24,000 bases of DNA, taken from NCBI GenBank assembly GCA_038845265.1, contig JAWBQR010000006.1, forward strand, positions 71,400-95,399. Reading direction: 5' to 3'. The translations under genes and the position numbers were made by a program. The notes under the pieces are model-generated. The model saw nothing but the letters and a program-made list of their open reading frames with translations. It made no database searches and was not told where the DNA came from. This document shows, one piece after another, positions 1 through 8,611 of the stretch (its first letter is position 1; each line of letters begins with the position of its first letter). The DNA is from Nitrososphaerota archaeon (GTDB taxonomy: Archaea; Thermoproteota; Nitrososphaeria_A; Caldarchaeales; Calditenuaceae).

Positions 1-1
1 T

Positions 2-856
2 TTCATCTTTATTCCTCCTAACATTAGACCTAGTTTGAGTCAACAAAACCTTGAGGGTAAGAAAGTAGTCGTTGTGACAACTGGCATACTTGCTGATGTA
101 GTGTACAACATAGCAGGAGATCGAGTAATAATAAAGCAACTTATGACTGGAGGTGATATTCATGACTGGGAGCCTAGTGCTAAAGACATAGCTGAGGCGT
201 CAAAGGCATCGATAGTAATTTACCTGTCGAGAAATGTGGAGAAATGGATCGATAAGTTTGAAACAGCAATCCCCGATAATGTCGAATTAATAGAGGCTGC
301 AGAAAACGTCGAGTTCTTGACCATGGATGGTATAGTCGATCCTCATATCTGGTTTGACATAAGAAATATGATTAAAGTGACTGAGAGGGTATGCGGTGCC
401 TTAATCAAAAATGATCCGGATAATGCTAAGTATTACTCGGAAAATGCAGAACGATTTAAGGGAAAATTAAATGAGCTTCATGAAAGATATCTTAGCGAAC
501 TGAGCAAATTTAAAGGGAGGATAATAATTACTAGGCATGATGCATATAGATATCTGGGAAATACTTATGGTCTAGTCACCATTGCTATATTAGGTGTATA
601 TGAGGAAGAAATATCTCCGACAAAGATGCAATACCTAATTGAACTGATAAAAAAAGAAGATATTAAGGTAATTTTTAGTGAATATGAGAAGACTGAAGAT
701 TTTATAAACAATTTTGCGGCTGAGCATGGATTAAAAATAATAAAGCTATACTCATTGGAGAATATCAGTCTTGAAGATGTGGTAAAAAATGAGGGTTACA
801 TTTTTAGGATGAGTAAAAACCTAGATGCGTTGGTAGGAGGGTTAAGCCTTGAGTGA
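2..856 (+). CDS. Metal (Zn/Mn-type) ABC transporter substrate-binding protein, ZnuA/TroA family; probably 5'-truncated by the window edge
   Basis: The start of the mature domain (GKKVVVVTTGILADVVYNIAGDRV...DIHDWEPSAKD...DPHIWFD...) is typical of cluster-9 TroA/ZnuA binding proteins. The track start at 35 is a TTG, but the frame stays open back to nt 2 (FIFIPPNIRPS...). No signal or anchor sequence is visible, so the true start probably lies upstream of the window. The gene overlaps the next ABC gene by 8 nt. Confidence 0.75.
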   Translation, partial: FIFIPPNIRPSLSQQNLEGKKVVVVTTGILADVVYNIAGDRVIIKQLMTGGDIHDWEPSAKDIAEASKASIVIYLSRNVEKWIDKFETAIPDNVELIEAAENVEFLTMDGIVDPHIWFDIRNMIKVTERVCGALIKNDPDNAKYYSENAERFKGKLNELHERYLSELSKFKGRIIITRHDAYRYLGNTYGLVTIAILGVYEEEISPTKMQYLIELIKKEDIKVIFSEYEKTEDFINNFAAEHGLKIIKLYSLENISLEDVVKNEGYIFRMSKNLDALVGGLSLE

Positions 857-1577
857 TGAAGTAGTGGCACTTAATCGGGTATGGATAAGCTACGAACCAG
901 GCATATATGTAGTTGAAGATGCTTCATTTACTGTAAACCAGAGAGAATTCGTGGCTTTGGTAGGTCCTAATGGGGGAGGAAAAACTACTGTTTTGAAGGC
1001 CATTCTAGGACTAATTAAGCCAGAGAAAGGTAGCATTAAGCTTTTTGGCAGGGAGATCAGAAACTTCAAGGAATGGGCATGGATAGGTTATGTACCACAA
1101 CATGCAGAGAAAATGTATACAAATTTTCCACTGAGTGTGGAAGAGTTCCTATATTTAAAATCTCCCACCCATAAAGTGCCTCGAGAAGATGTATATAAAA
1201 TGTTGGAATTGGTAGGATTAAAGGATGTAAAATACAAAAGAGTTTCTGAACTTTCAGGCGGTCAGTTCCAGAGGTTATACATCGCGAGAGAGATTATGGC
1301 ATCTCCGAAATTATTAATTTTGGATGAACCCACGAGCTCAATTGATGCATCATTTAAGTCAGACCTTTATGATATTCTTAAAGAAATAAACGAGAACTTG
1401 AGGGCAACTATAATCATGAGTACACATGACATAGCAGCAATAAGCACATACGTGAATAGAGTTGTTTGTATAAACAAGAGAGTTATTCACATGGATAACA
1501 TAGAGGAGTTAATGAGCGGCAAGGGTTTATGTGAGCTTTACGGATATCATGTCCATGGGCTCAGACATGTTCATTGA
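849..1577 (+). CDS. Metal ABC transporter ATP-binding protein (ZnuC-like)
   Basis: Walker A GPNGGGKTT, ABC signature LSGGQFQR, Walker B LLILDEP and a switch His (STHD) are present. The gene overlaps both neighbouring transporter genes (8 nt and 4 nt). Confidence 0.88.
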   Translation: MSDEVVALNRVWISYEPGIYVVEDASFTVNQREFVALVGPNGGGKTTVLKAILGLIKPEKGSIKLFGREIRNFKEWAWIGYVPQHAEKMYTNFPLSVEEFLYLKSPTHKVPREDVYKMLELVGLKDVKYKRVSELSGGQFQRLYIAREIMASPKLLILDEPTSSIDASFKSDLYDILKEINENLRATIIMSTHDIAAISTYVNRVVCINKRVIHMDNIEELMSGKGLCELYGYHVHGLRHVH

Positions 1578-2389
1578 TGCCTATGATTGAGCCGCTCCTT
1601 CATCCATTCATGCAACGTGCAATAATAGCAGGAATACTAATCGCCATAATTTGTCCACTTTTAGGGGTATTTCTAGTTATTAAGCGCTTGACAATGATTG
1701 GCGATACCGTGGCACATATTGCATTGACTGGACTAGCCTTTGCTTCCTTATTGGGACTTCTCAAAAATATCTACCTAACATATTTGATAACTCTGCCTGG
1801 AACAATTCTCATCTTTAAACTTACTAAAAGTGTTAGACTAAGTGGTGAGCAATCCTTAGCCATTATTTTATCTGCTTTCGCGGCACTAACTTCTATCATA
1901 GTTTCACTCGGTGGTAAATTAAATTTTGAGGCCGTTCTTTTCGGAAGCATTCTCTTTCTCAGCTGGGACGATGTTTACTTACTAGCAATCATGACGGTGG
2001 GGATATCCTTGATACTCATGATTAGGCTCAAGAGTTTTCTTCTCTTTGTGTTTGACGAAGAGTCTTTCCGTCTCACGGGACAAAAAAATGAGATTTATGA
2101 ACTGACTTTAAGCATTTGTTCATCGCTCATAATTGTCGCTTCTCTTACTTTAATGGGAGTATTGTTAGTCGCGGCAATGATATCAATACCAGTCCTTTCA
2201 TCGATGCAGATAGCTAGAAGCTTTAGTAAGACACTTCTCACTTCAATAATAATATCTGAGCTTGCAGTACTAATCGGGATATTTGGTTCTTATTATACGG
2301 GATTGGCTCCAGGAGGATTAATTGTAATTCTATTAATACTTGCATTCACTTCCTCGATAATCCTTGGAAAGGCCGGATTAAAGATCTAA
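1574..2389 (+). CDS. Metal ABC transporter permease (ZnuB/ABC-3 family)
   Basis: The 271 aa protein is very hydrophobic, with about 8 predicted TM segments. Its length, its position after the ATPase and the 4-nt overlap are typical of ABC-3 permeases. Confidence 0.8.
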   Translation: MMPMIEPLLHPFMQRAIIAGILIAIICPLLGVFLVIKRLTMIGDTVAHIALTGLAFASLLGLLKNIYLTYLITLPGTILIFKLTKSVRLSGEQSLAIILSAFAALTSIIVSLGGKLNFEAVLFGSILFLSWDDVYLLAIMTVGISLILMIRLKSFLLFVFDEESFRLTGQKNEIYELTLSICSSLIIVASLTLMGVLLVAAMISIPVLSSMQIARSFSKTLLTSIIISELAVLIGIFGSYYTGLAPGGLIVILLILAFTSSIILGKAGLKI

Positions 2390-2910
2390 ATATCGACAGT
2401 AAAAGTAGTAGTCGTAGAGTTTAGATTGATGTCTGTAAGAAGCCATAGTTTTTTGAAGTAATTATTGAAAAAGTCAGCTCTCGCATCCTCACTTACTCCC
2501 ACTACTACATCATAAAATCCATAGACCTCATATGCTTCTAAGACAGCATCTATGTTACTTAGGAATTTATCCCAGAGTTTAGGCGCCGCAGGACGTCTAA
2601 TCTTGATAAATGTATATGCGCACTTTCTCTTTTTATGAGTCTCAGGTTTCTCGAGATTTAATCCCGAATTATTAACTATCAAGGTATTTGAATCTACTAT
2701 GCCGTTTTGAAATAGATTATCTAAAACTACATTAATCTGTTCAAGTTTCTCGACTTCTACTTTACAAATCAAGTCATATGCTCCATAAATTAGATAGGCT
2801 TCCCTGACAAATTGGATTTTTCTACTAGCCTCTAGGCAGCTGACGAGTTCGCTTCTACTGCCAACAATTCCTAGAACATATGCCTTAATCACGATTTTAG
2901 CATTAGTCAC
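2386..2910 (-). CDS. Stand-alone tandem RAM / Lrp-AsnC ligand-binding-domain protein (no HTH)
   Basis: Two internal repeats of about 80 aa each carry the AsnC-type RAM pattern (…REAYLIYGAYDLICKVEV… and …LEAYEVYGFYDVVVGVSE…). No helix-turn-helix region is recognisable. The gene lies 16 nt downstream of the HTH regulator gene on the same strand. Confidence 0.6.
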   Translation of the reverse strand: MTNAKIVIKAYVLGIVGSRSELVSCLEASRKIQFVREAYLIYGAYDLICKVEVEKLEQINVVLDNLFQNGIVDSNTLIVNNSGLNLEKPETHKKRKCAYTFIKIRRPAAPKLWDKFLSNIDAVLEAYEVYGFYDVVVGVSEDARADFFNNYFKKLWLLTDINLNSTTTTFTVDI

Positions 2911-2926
2911 TTTGATATAAAGCTAT

Positions 2927-3298
2927 TTACTCTTTACAAATATCGCACTCTTCATCTAAGTCAGGTTCAAGGCATTTATGGGCCGTACATAATAGCCCCT
3001 CTTTTCTCATTCTTGCCAATGTTTCATAAAGCTTCTTTCTAACTACTTTGGGGCTTTCGTTATTAATGATTAGCTTAACTATTTCTTCAACAGCGTAATC
3101 TAGAAATTCACTATTCTCAAGAATTTTAGTCCTTGCTCTCATGTGGCGCAAATAGTTACTTACTGCAGCCTGAGTTATGCCGAGCGCCTTTGCTGTTTTC
3201 TCCTGGGTAAAGCCATATTTCTTTACGAGTCTCTGTACAATTAGTGCCCTTATTAATGGTAAGGCTATTCTCGCCTCGATTTCTTGTGGAAGCAGCAT
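2927..3298 (-). CDS. Small archaeal HTH (XRE-like) transcriptional regulator with a C-terminal Cys cluster
   Basis: An HTH segment (FTQEKTAKALGITQAAVSNYL) follows an N-terminal LPQEIEARIALPLIRA motif typical of a small archaeal regulator family (COG2522-like, from memory). The C-terminus carries four Cys (CTAHKC...ECDIC). The start is ATG, with a TATA-like box about 30 nt upstream. Confidence 0.65.
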   Translation of the reverse strand: MLLPQEIEARIALPLIRALIVQRLVKKYGFTQEKTAKALGITQAAVSNYLRHMRARTKILENSEFLDYAVEEIVKLIINNESPKVVRKKLYETLARMRKEGLLCTAHKCLEPDLDEECDICKE

Positions 3299-3323
3299 GA
3301 ATCCAGTTTTAATAATGTTTAAG

Positions 3324-3333
3324 ATATATTTAA
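3324..3333 (-). promoter_or_regulatory. TATA-like box (TTAAATATAT on the minus strand) for the HTH regulator / RAM-protein pair
   Basis: The box is centred about 30 nt upstream of the ATG at 3298, in the 51 bp gap downstream of dtdA. Confidence 0.35.
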
Positions 3334-3349
3334 GCTATATATCGCTACA

Positions 3350-4204
3350 CTATTTCTTCACTACAATATCCTTCCCTAGTTTCTTCAACTGGTTAATTAT
3401 CTCTGATCGATACGTGCCTGGAACTCCCTTCCAATCAATGACTGCAATATTTGTCTTCTCTAATGTTTTGTCAAATGCCTCTGATAAAATGTTTATTCCG
3501 TGTGGGAATGCATATTTTGGCATCATGTGTCCAAAATCGAATTGATTGTCAAGCGTAAGTTTAGTAAAGAGGGGTGCGTAATGATTTCCACCTATGCCGA
3601 CAGCTGGTCTATTCGACGGGACTGCATTTACAGCCGAAATGCAGGCCTCTGCCACGGCTATCGACGCTTCTCTGCAGGTCAATGCAGAGGGAGGTCCGCC
3701 GAACTCTACGAATATCAATGGAACTGGAGAGTAGGGACCATGGTGCGTGACTTCGAGACTGACTAGCCAGTCTCTTAGTACCACCATCTCGGTCGCTTTT
3801 TCGTAAAGTTTTCTGAAAGCAGAACCTACAGCTCCTGCCATTGTGTATGATAGTTTGTATGGTTCTCCGCCAAGCTTAGCATCTGGGCCCCAATTACCGG
3901 TTGAGTGTACGTGAAGACTTTTAATTCCCATCTCTGACCTATGACTTGAGGCGATTATTATTAATGATGTTTTGAGATTTTCTATTTCATCTATATGCAT
4001 GTAGACATGTTGTGTAGATGTAGTGATTCCTAGGGTTGTTCCGTTGGTTATAATTGGTTCTCTATTCTTTTCTCCACATGTTTCTCTCCAATTAAAATTT
4101 TCTAGCAGCGTTTGTCTGACTAGCATTGACGCGACGTCCTGCTTAGAGAAGAGTATGATTGGACTTAGCTCCTGAGCTGCATGCTCTGTATTTCTTGAAT
4201 TCAT
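3350..4204 (-). CDS. dtdA: D-aminoacyl-tRNA deacylase, archaeal type (DtdA)
   Basis: The 284 aa protein has motifs I recognise from the archaeal DtdA/GEK1 family: HVHSTGNWG...LGG, EVTHHGP, FVEFGG, GIGGNHYAP and FGHMMPKY. Confidence 0.8.
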   Translation of the reverse strand: MNSRNTEHAAQELSPIILFSKQDVASMLVRQTLLENFNWRETCGEKNREPIITNGTTLGITTSTQHVYMHIDEIENLKTSLIIIASSHRSEMGIKSLHVHSTGNWGPDAKLGGEPYKLSYTMAGAVGSAFRKLYEKATEMVVLRDWLVSLEVTHHGPYSPVPLIFVEFGGPPSALTCREASIAVAEACISAVNAVPSNRPAVGIGGNHYAPLFTKLTLDNQFDFGHMMPKYAFPHGINILSEAFDKTLEKTNIAVIDWKGVPGTYRSEIINQLKKLGKDIVVKK

Positions 4205-4274
4205 CCCTAAGTCAATTATTCCATTTTGTTACCTTATAATAAGTGTGAAAAATGATATATAGGGAGGCTGTCAA
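4205..4274. promoter_or_regulatory. Divergent promoter spacer between dtdA (-) and the radical SAM gene (+)
   Basis: This 70 bp AT-rich gap contains TTATAATAA (4234-4242) and GATATATA (about 4253-4260). GGGAGG at 4262-4267 is a possible ribosome-binding site for TTG 4275. Confidence 0.35.
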
Positions 4275-5873
4275 TTGAATCGGATAGTAGATATGACTAT
4301 AACAGCTGAGCTTGTGGAAAAGAAGACGGCAAAGAAGTTAATTACGAAGACTAGGAGTATCTGTCCAGAATGCAATGCTATCCTGCCTGCAGAAATTTTT
4401 GAAGACAATAATAAGATCTACATAAGGAAAAATTGTCCAAAGCACGGTGAGTTTGAGGAGCTTTACTTCGGAGACGCTTCGATTTATCATAAGTTTGCTA
4501 AGTGGCTTCGGGATGGAAAAGGCACCGGGAATCCTAATGTAGAGGTGCCGCGAGTGGCTTGCCCCGCGAACTGCGGACTTTGCAGCGAGCATCTAAGCCA
4601 CACCGCGCTGGCCAACATAGTCGTGACGAACCGTTGTGATCTTCACTGCTGGTACTGCTTCTTCTACGCAGATAAGTCAGGATATGTCTACGAGCCGACC
4701 CTTGAGCAGATAAAAGAGATGGTTCTAAACTTAAGGGCTGAGAGACCTATTCCCGGCAACTCGGTACAAATAACAGGCGGAGAGCCGACACTGAGAGACG
4801 ATCTACCAGAAATCATCAAAATAATCAAGAGTGTAGGAATAGACCACATACAGCTAAACACAAATGGTATAAGGCTATCCAGAGATTTTGAATATTTCAA
4901 GAAATTGAAAGAAGCTGGTGTCAGCAATCTCTACATGAGTTTTGACGGAATCACCCCTAGGACAAATCCGAAAAATCACTGGGAGGTTCCAGCAGTTCTC
5001 GAGAATGCTCGTAGATTAGGTGTAGGTATCGTACTTGTTCCTACAATAATCAAGGGAATTAATGACCACGAGTTGGGCGATATAATTAGGTTTGGCTTTT
5101 CTAACATAGATATAATTCGAGCAGTAAACTTTCAGCCAGTATCTCTTACAGGGAGAATGCCGAAGAAAGAACGGGAAAAGTACAGAATTACTATTCCAGA
5201 TTGTATAGTAAAGATTGAAGAGCAGACTGATGGTATGATTCCGAGAGATGCCTGGTTTCCAGTTCCTGCTTGCATCCCGTTAACAGACTTTATCGAGATG
5301 CTGACCGGAAAACCGACATACATGCTCAGCACCCATTTCGCTTGCGGTGCAGGGACATATGTATTCAAGGACGGGGATAAGATTAAGCCATTAACCGAAT
5401 TTGTTGATGTTGAAGGATTAATAAAATATCTCCAAGACAAGGCAGAAGAAATAGAGATGGGTAGGAATAAGTATTGGGTTGGATTGAAAGTTTTAGCAAA
5501 CATCGGAAAATTCATTAATAGCAAAAAGGAGCCCCAAGGCCTAAATTTAAAGAGAATGATCTTTGACATAATAGTGAAGCATGACTACAAGAGCGTGGGT
5601 GATTGGCATAGACGCAGCCTATTCCTCGGTATGATGCATTTCCAAGACAAATACAATTACGATATTGAAAGAGTATGGAGATGCGAAATACACTACTTAA
5701 CGCCTGACAAAAGAATTATTCCGTTCTGCGCATTTAATGTTCTTCCTGAATGGTATCGGGATCGGCTCCAAGCACAGTATGGCATACCGATAGAAGAATG
5801 GGAGAAAAAGACCGGCAGAAAATTATCAGATGATTTCTATAAAAGAAGACTATTAATAAGTACTACTGGCTAA
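4275..5873 (+). CDS. Radical SAM protein, Tes / GDGT-MAS-like (putative tetraether lipid synthase family)
   Basis: The canonical radical SAM CxxxCxxC motif is present (NRCDLHCWYCFF). The N-terminus has a rubredoxin-like CPEC...CPKHG site followed by CPANCGLCSEH. The 532 aa length matches the MJ0619/Tes type. The radical SAM assignment is firm; the Tes assignment rests on remembered family features. The start is either TTG 4275 (GGGAGG lies 8 nt upstream) or ATG 4293. Confidence 0.7.
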   Translation: MNRIVDMTITAELVEKKTAKKLITKTRSICPECNAILPAEIFEDNNKIYIRKNCPKHGEFEELYFGDASIYHKFAKWLRDGKGTGNPNVEVPRVACPANCGLCSEHLSHTALANIVVTNRCDLHCWYCFFYADKSGYVYEPTLEQIKEMVLNLRAERPIPGNSVQITGGEPTLRDDLPEIIKIIKSVGIDHIQLNTNGIRLSRDFEYFKKLKEAGVSNLYMSFDGITPRTNPKNHWEVPAVLENARRLGVGIVLVPTIIKGINDHELGDIIRFGFSNIDIIRAVNFQPVSLTGRMPKKEREKYRITIPDCIVKIEEQTDGMIPRDAWFPVPACIPLTDFIEMLTGKPTYMLSTHFACGAGTYVFKDGDKIKPLTEFVDVEGLIKYLQDKAEEIEMGRNKYWVGLKVLANIGKFINSKKEPQGLNLKRMIFDIIVKHDYKSVGDWHRRSLFLGMMHFQDKYNYDIERVWRCEIHYLTPDKRIIPFCAFNVLPEWYRDRLQAQYGIPIEEWEKKTGRKLSDDFYKRRLLISTTG

Positions 5874-5904
5874 ATTCATAATGGTTTTCTAGGAAAAAGT
5901 TGTA

Positions 5905-7230
5905 TTATGATCTATTCAGGATTTTCTTAATTTTTTCATGAATAATCGGTGCGATCTCTGCCACTTCTTTTAGAATGGTTTCCTCTTCCAGCGTCATGAC
6001 TACTTTGTTCTTCATAAGTAATTTTCCATCAACAATTAAGTCGGAGACATCCTCTCCAGACGCAAATAAAGGTAGGGTAAATGGGTCATGAAGAGGTGTT
6101 AAATGTGGTTTGCGAATGTCAATGATTGTTAAGTCAGCTAGATACCCCTCCTTTATGGTACCTGCATTTTGAATCATGAGTGCCATGGCGCCATTTCTCG
6201 TGGCCATCAGTAAAGCATCTCTAGGCGAGATTACACTATGATCTAAAAATGGCGATCCATAGTATCCCGACATACCAGCAATCATTACATTCATCTCCGT
6301 GAATAGATCCAATCCCCGGTAGCTTCCTCCATCACTTCCAAGAGCAACCTTCACTCCCTTAGCTAATAGTTCTGGTACTCTTGGGAAATTCATGTACATC
6401 ATATTTATTGTTGGACAGTGAACGATTTTGGCATCGGCTCTACTCATCATATCTAATTCTCCGCGGCTTAGGAAGGCGCAATGGGCGGCAAGGACACGAT
6501 TACTCAGGTATCCTTGATTATATAAAAATTCTACTGGTCTTTTTCCCCATCTAGACAATGAGTGCTGAATCTCTGCTGCTTCTTCACTCAAGTGCATATG
6601 AATCCCAACTGAATCCTCCTCAGCATACCTGAATGTTTTCTCAATTAATTCCTCTGTAGAAGTCATTAATTGTCTAATGGAATACCATCCTCTCACCCTT
6701 CCATCCCTGTACTTTAAGACTAATTCTCTGTTTAACTCAGCGGTCCTAATATAAGACGATACCCCTGTATCCATCGTTGAATGAGTAATCGTGGCTCTAA
6801 GTCCAGCTTCATTTACAGTCTCAGCTAATATCTCTGGAAATGGTCCCCCAGCGTCAGAAAAAGCAGTGATTCCTTTTTTTATCATGTTGAGACAGGCTAG
6901 TCTCGCGCTGATTTTTGCTTCTTCCTTGCTCATCTCTGCTTCAAATGGTATTAATACTTTTAGCCATATTGGGTGTCGCTGTAGTTCGCTCATCGTTAGC
7001 GCTCCTCTCAAGAGGATTTGAAATACATGTGTATGTGCATCTACGAGTCCTGGTAAAGCAATTTTTCCTTTTCCATCAACTATTTCTCCAGAATCAATCT
7101 TTAGATCTTTTCCAATTTTAGATATAACTCCATCTTTTATTGCAATGTCTATGTTTTTAAGTATTCCTAATTCTTCATCTGGTACGAGGGCGGTAATGTT
7201 CTTAATTAGAATATCTGCTTCTTGCCTCAT
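5905..7230 (-). CDS. Metal-dependent amidohydrolase, TRZ/ATZ-MtaD-like nucleoside/nucleobase deaminase
   Basis: The metal-binding motifs of the amidohydrolase superfamily are present: GLVDAHTHVFQ (HxH), GIHMHLSEE, AAHC and ALGSDGG. I place the start at ATG 7230 rather than 7257, because it forms an ATGA overlap with the TGA stop of the upstream BMP gene (7229-7227). Confidence 0.8.
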   Translation of the reverse strand: MRQEADILIKNITALVPDEELGILKNIDIAIKDGVISKIGKDLKIDSGEIVDGKGKIALPGLVDAHTHVFQILLRGALTMSELQRHPIWLKVLIPFEAEMSKEEAKISARLACLNMIKKGITAFSDAGGPFPEILAETVNEAGLRATITHSTMDTGVSSYIRTAELNRELVLKYRDGRVRGWYSIRQLMTSTEELIEKTFRYAEEDSVGIHMHLSEEAAEIQHSLSRWGKRPVEFLYNQGYLSNRVLAAHCAFLSRGELDMMSRADAKIVHCPTINMMYMNFPRVPELLAKGVKVALGSDGGSYRGLDLFTEMNVMIAGMSGYYGSPFLDHSVISPRDALLMATRNGAMALMIQNAGTIKEGYLADLTIIDIRKPHLTPLHDPFTLPLFASGEDVSDLIVDGKLLMKNKVVMTLEEETILKEVAEIAPIIHEKIKKILNRS

Positions 7231-8510
7231 GTTTGTCCGATGTATTCGACTATCCAATCCATGTTCATAAGCATGTTTCTATCGGCTCTTCCTCCTTTTG
7301 GTATTCTTATCTCGCCGTTCTGATCCCTTATTGGCTCGTCTAGATTTCCCTCACTGCTAAATGGTTCGAATATCCCTTCCTTCATTTCTTCGTATCTCTT
7401 CTTGATTAGATATTGCCACTCGTCTGGTACAGCTGGATTAATAGGGGCCATATATACTGGCCCCTCTGGTTTTCCTAACGTGCTTTGCTCCGGAGCCTTT
7501 GCCCACCTAGAGGGTAGATAATCCCCTAATCTTGCCCATATATCGACTGATTCCCACGTATTAGTGGCTATTGCCTTGTAAAACTCTAAGTATATCACTC
7601 CCCAATTAACTATGTGTCCAGACAGATGTGAATTCGGCCCGTATTCGTACATGTTTGTATAGTGGCTAAAGCCCCACGTCCTTCTTCCTCTCTTGGTTGT
7701 GTATTCTTCAGCTACTTGCAATACTGTTGGCGAATCCTCCGTAGAACTAATTACGTCTGCATCAATAAGATCTATTAATGATATTGCTGCGTCCCTAGCT
7801 TTAGTTGGGTCAAACCATGTAAGAAGCCAGACTACCTGTATCTTGATGTCTTTCCCTGTTCTTTTCTTATAGGCATAGTGTGCTCCTAATGCAAAGGCAT
7901 TCACAAGCCTTGTTATCACTGGTACGGGATAAGTAGCTACTATTCCTACTGCACCGGTCTTAGTTACGCTACCTGCGGCAAGCCCCTCAAGGTAATATAT
8001 TTGGTATGTGTTTATGTCTGCCACAGACATATTGTCTGGAGCGTTTCCAAGTACCCCGGCCCTGAAGCCATTAATATGCAGGAAGTATTTATCAGGATAC
8101 TGTGAAGCGAGTTCAGCCATTGAATCCATATAGCCAAAACTTGTACCGATAACTAAATCTACTCCTTCGCCCTCGATTAGTCCCCTCATTGCGCTTTTAA
8201 CGTCTGCATCACTGACCCCCTCTATGTATGTGCTTTTTACGGATGGCATTCTACTATCGGCCCATTGCCTTCCCTGGTCGTGAGAGTATGACCATCCATA
8301 ATCTTTGGCAGGACCAATGTAGACGTATCCTGCTTTAACCACTTTCTGCTTCTCAACAGTTACTGTTTTTTCAATAGTAGTCGTCTTTTCTCCCCCTGTA
8401 GCTAGATAAGTCCCTGCCACTCCTACTAATGCTCCTCCAAGCACACCTGCAATAGCGGCATTCCTAACTGATCCAAGAAACTTTCTCCTAGTAGGATTTC
8501 GAATAGCCAT
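7227..8510 (-). CDS. BMP-family (PnrA/Med-like) ABC-transporter substrate-binding protein, membrane-anchored
   Basis: The N-terminus has a twin-Arg-like RRKFLGS, a hydrophobic anchor (AAIAGVLGGALVGVAGTYLA) and a Thr-rich linker (EKTTTIEKTVTVEK). The mature domain has a periplasmic-binding-protein pattern typical of the BMP family (GYVYIGPAKDYGWSYSH...GTSFGY...). No cognate permease or ATPase gene is present in the window. Confidence 0.75.
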   Translation of the reverse strand: MAIRNPTRRKFLGSVRNAAIAGVLGGALVGVAGTYLATGGEKTTTIEKTVTVEKQKVVKAGYVYIGPAKDYGWSYSHDQGRQWADSRMPSVKSTYIEGVSDADVKSAMRGLIEGEGVDLVIGTSFGYMDSMAELASQYPDKYFLHINGFRAGVLGNAPDNMSVADINTYQIYYLEGLAAGSVTKTGAVGIVATYPVPVITRLVNAFALGAHYAYKKRTGKDIKIQVVWLLTWFDPTKARDAAISLIDLIDADVISSTEDSPTVLQVAEEYTTKRGRRTWGFSHYTNMYEYGPNSHLSGHIVNWGVIYLEFYKAIATNTWESVDIWARLGDYLPSRWAKAPEQSTLGKPEGPVYMAPINPAVPDEWQYLIKKRYEEMKEGIFEPFSSEGNLDEPIRDQNGEIRIPKGGRADRNMLMNMDWIVEYIGQT

Positions 8511-8532
8511 ATAAATATTCCAGAAGCGCCGC

Positions 8533-8539
8533 TATAAAA
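8533..8539 (-). promoter_or_regulatory. TATA-like box (TTTTATA on the minus strand) for the BMP-family gene
   Basis: The box is centred about 26 nt upstream of the ATG at 8510. This spacing is expected for an archaeal leaderless or near-leaderless transcript. Confidence 0.35.
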
Positions 8540-8611
8540 TTTGAGCTTTCAAAAATATGTAAATTTTCATTGAAAGGGCCAGATATAATTATAAATCGAA
8601 TTATGCCTTAC

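Noticed and set aside
3177-3766. Two plus-strand ORFs (3177-3545 and 3500-3766) overlap the regulator and dtdA.
   Set aside because: They are antisense to two well-supported genes. They also span an intergenic promoter gap, and their products are hydrophobic or low-complexity with no motifs.
4338-5569. Three minus-strand ORFs (4338-4592, 4688-4927, 5132-5569) lie inside the radical SAM gene.
   Set aside because: They are antisense shadows. The plus-strand frame carries the CxxxCxxC radical SAM motif and is continuous for 532 codons.
7231-7257. The track gives a 9-codon N-terminal extension of the amidohydrolase (start at 7257).
   Set aside because: An internal ATG at 7230 forms a canonical ATGA stop/start overlap with the upstream gene and sits just before the conserved N-terminal beta-strand region. 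The longer form would overlap the BMP gene by 31 nt. Proteomic evidence could still overturn this choice.
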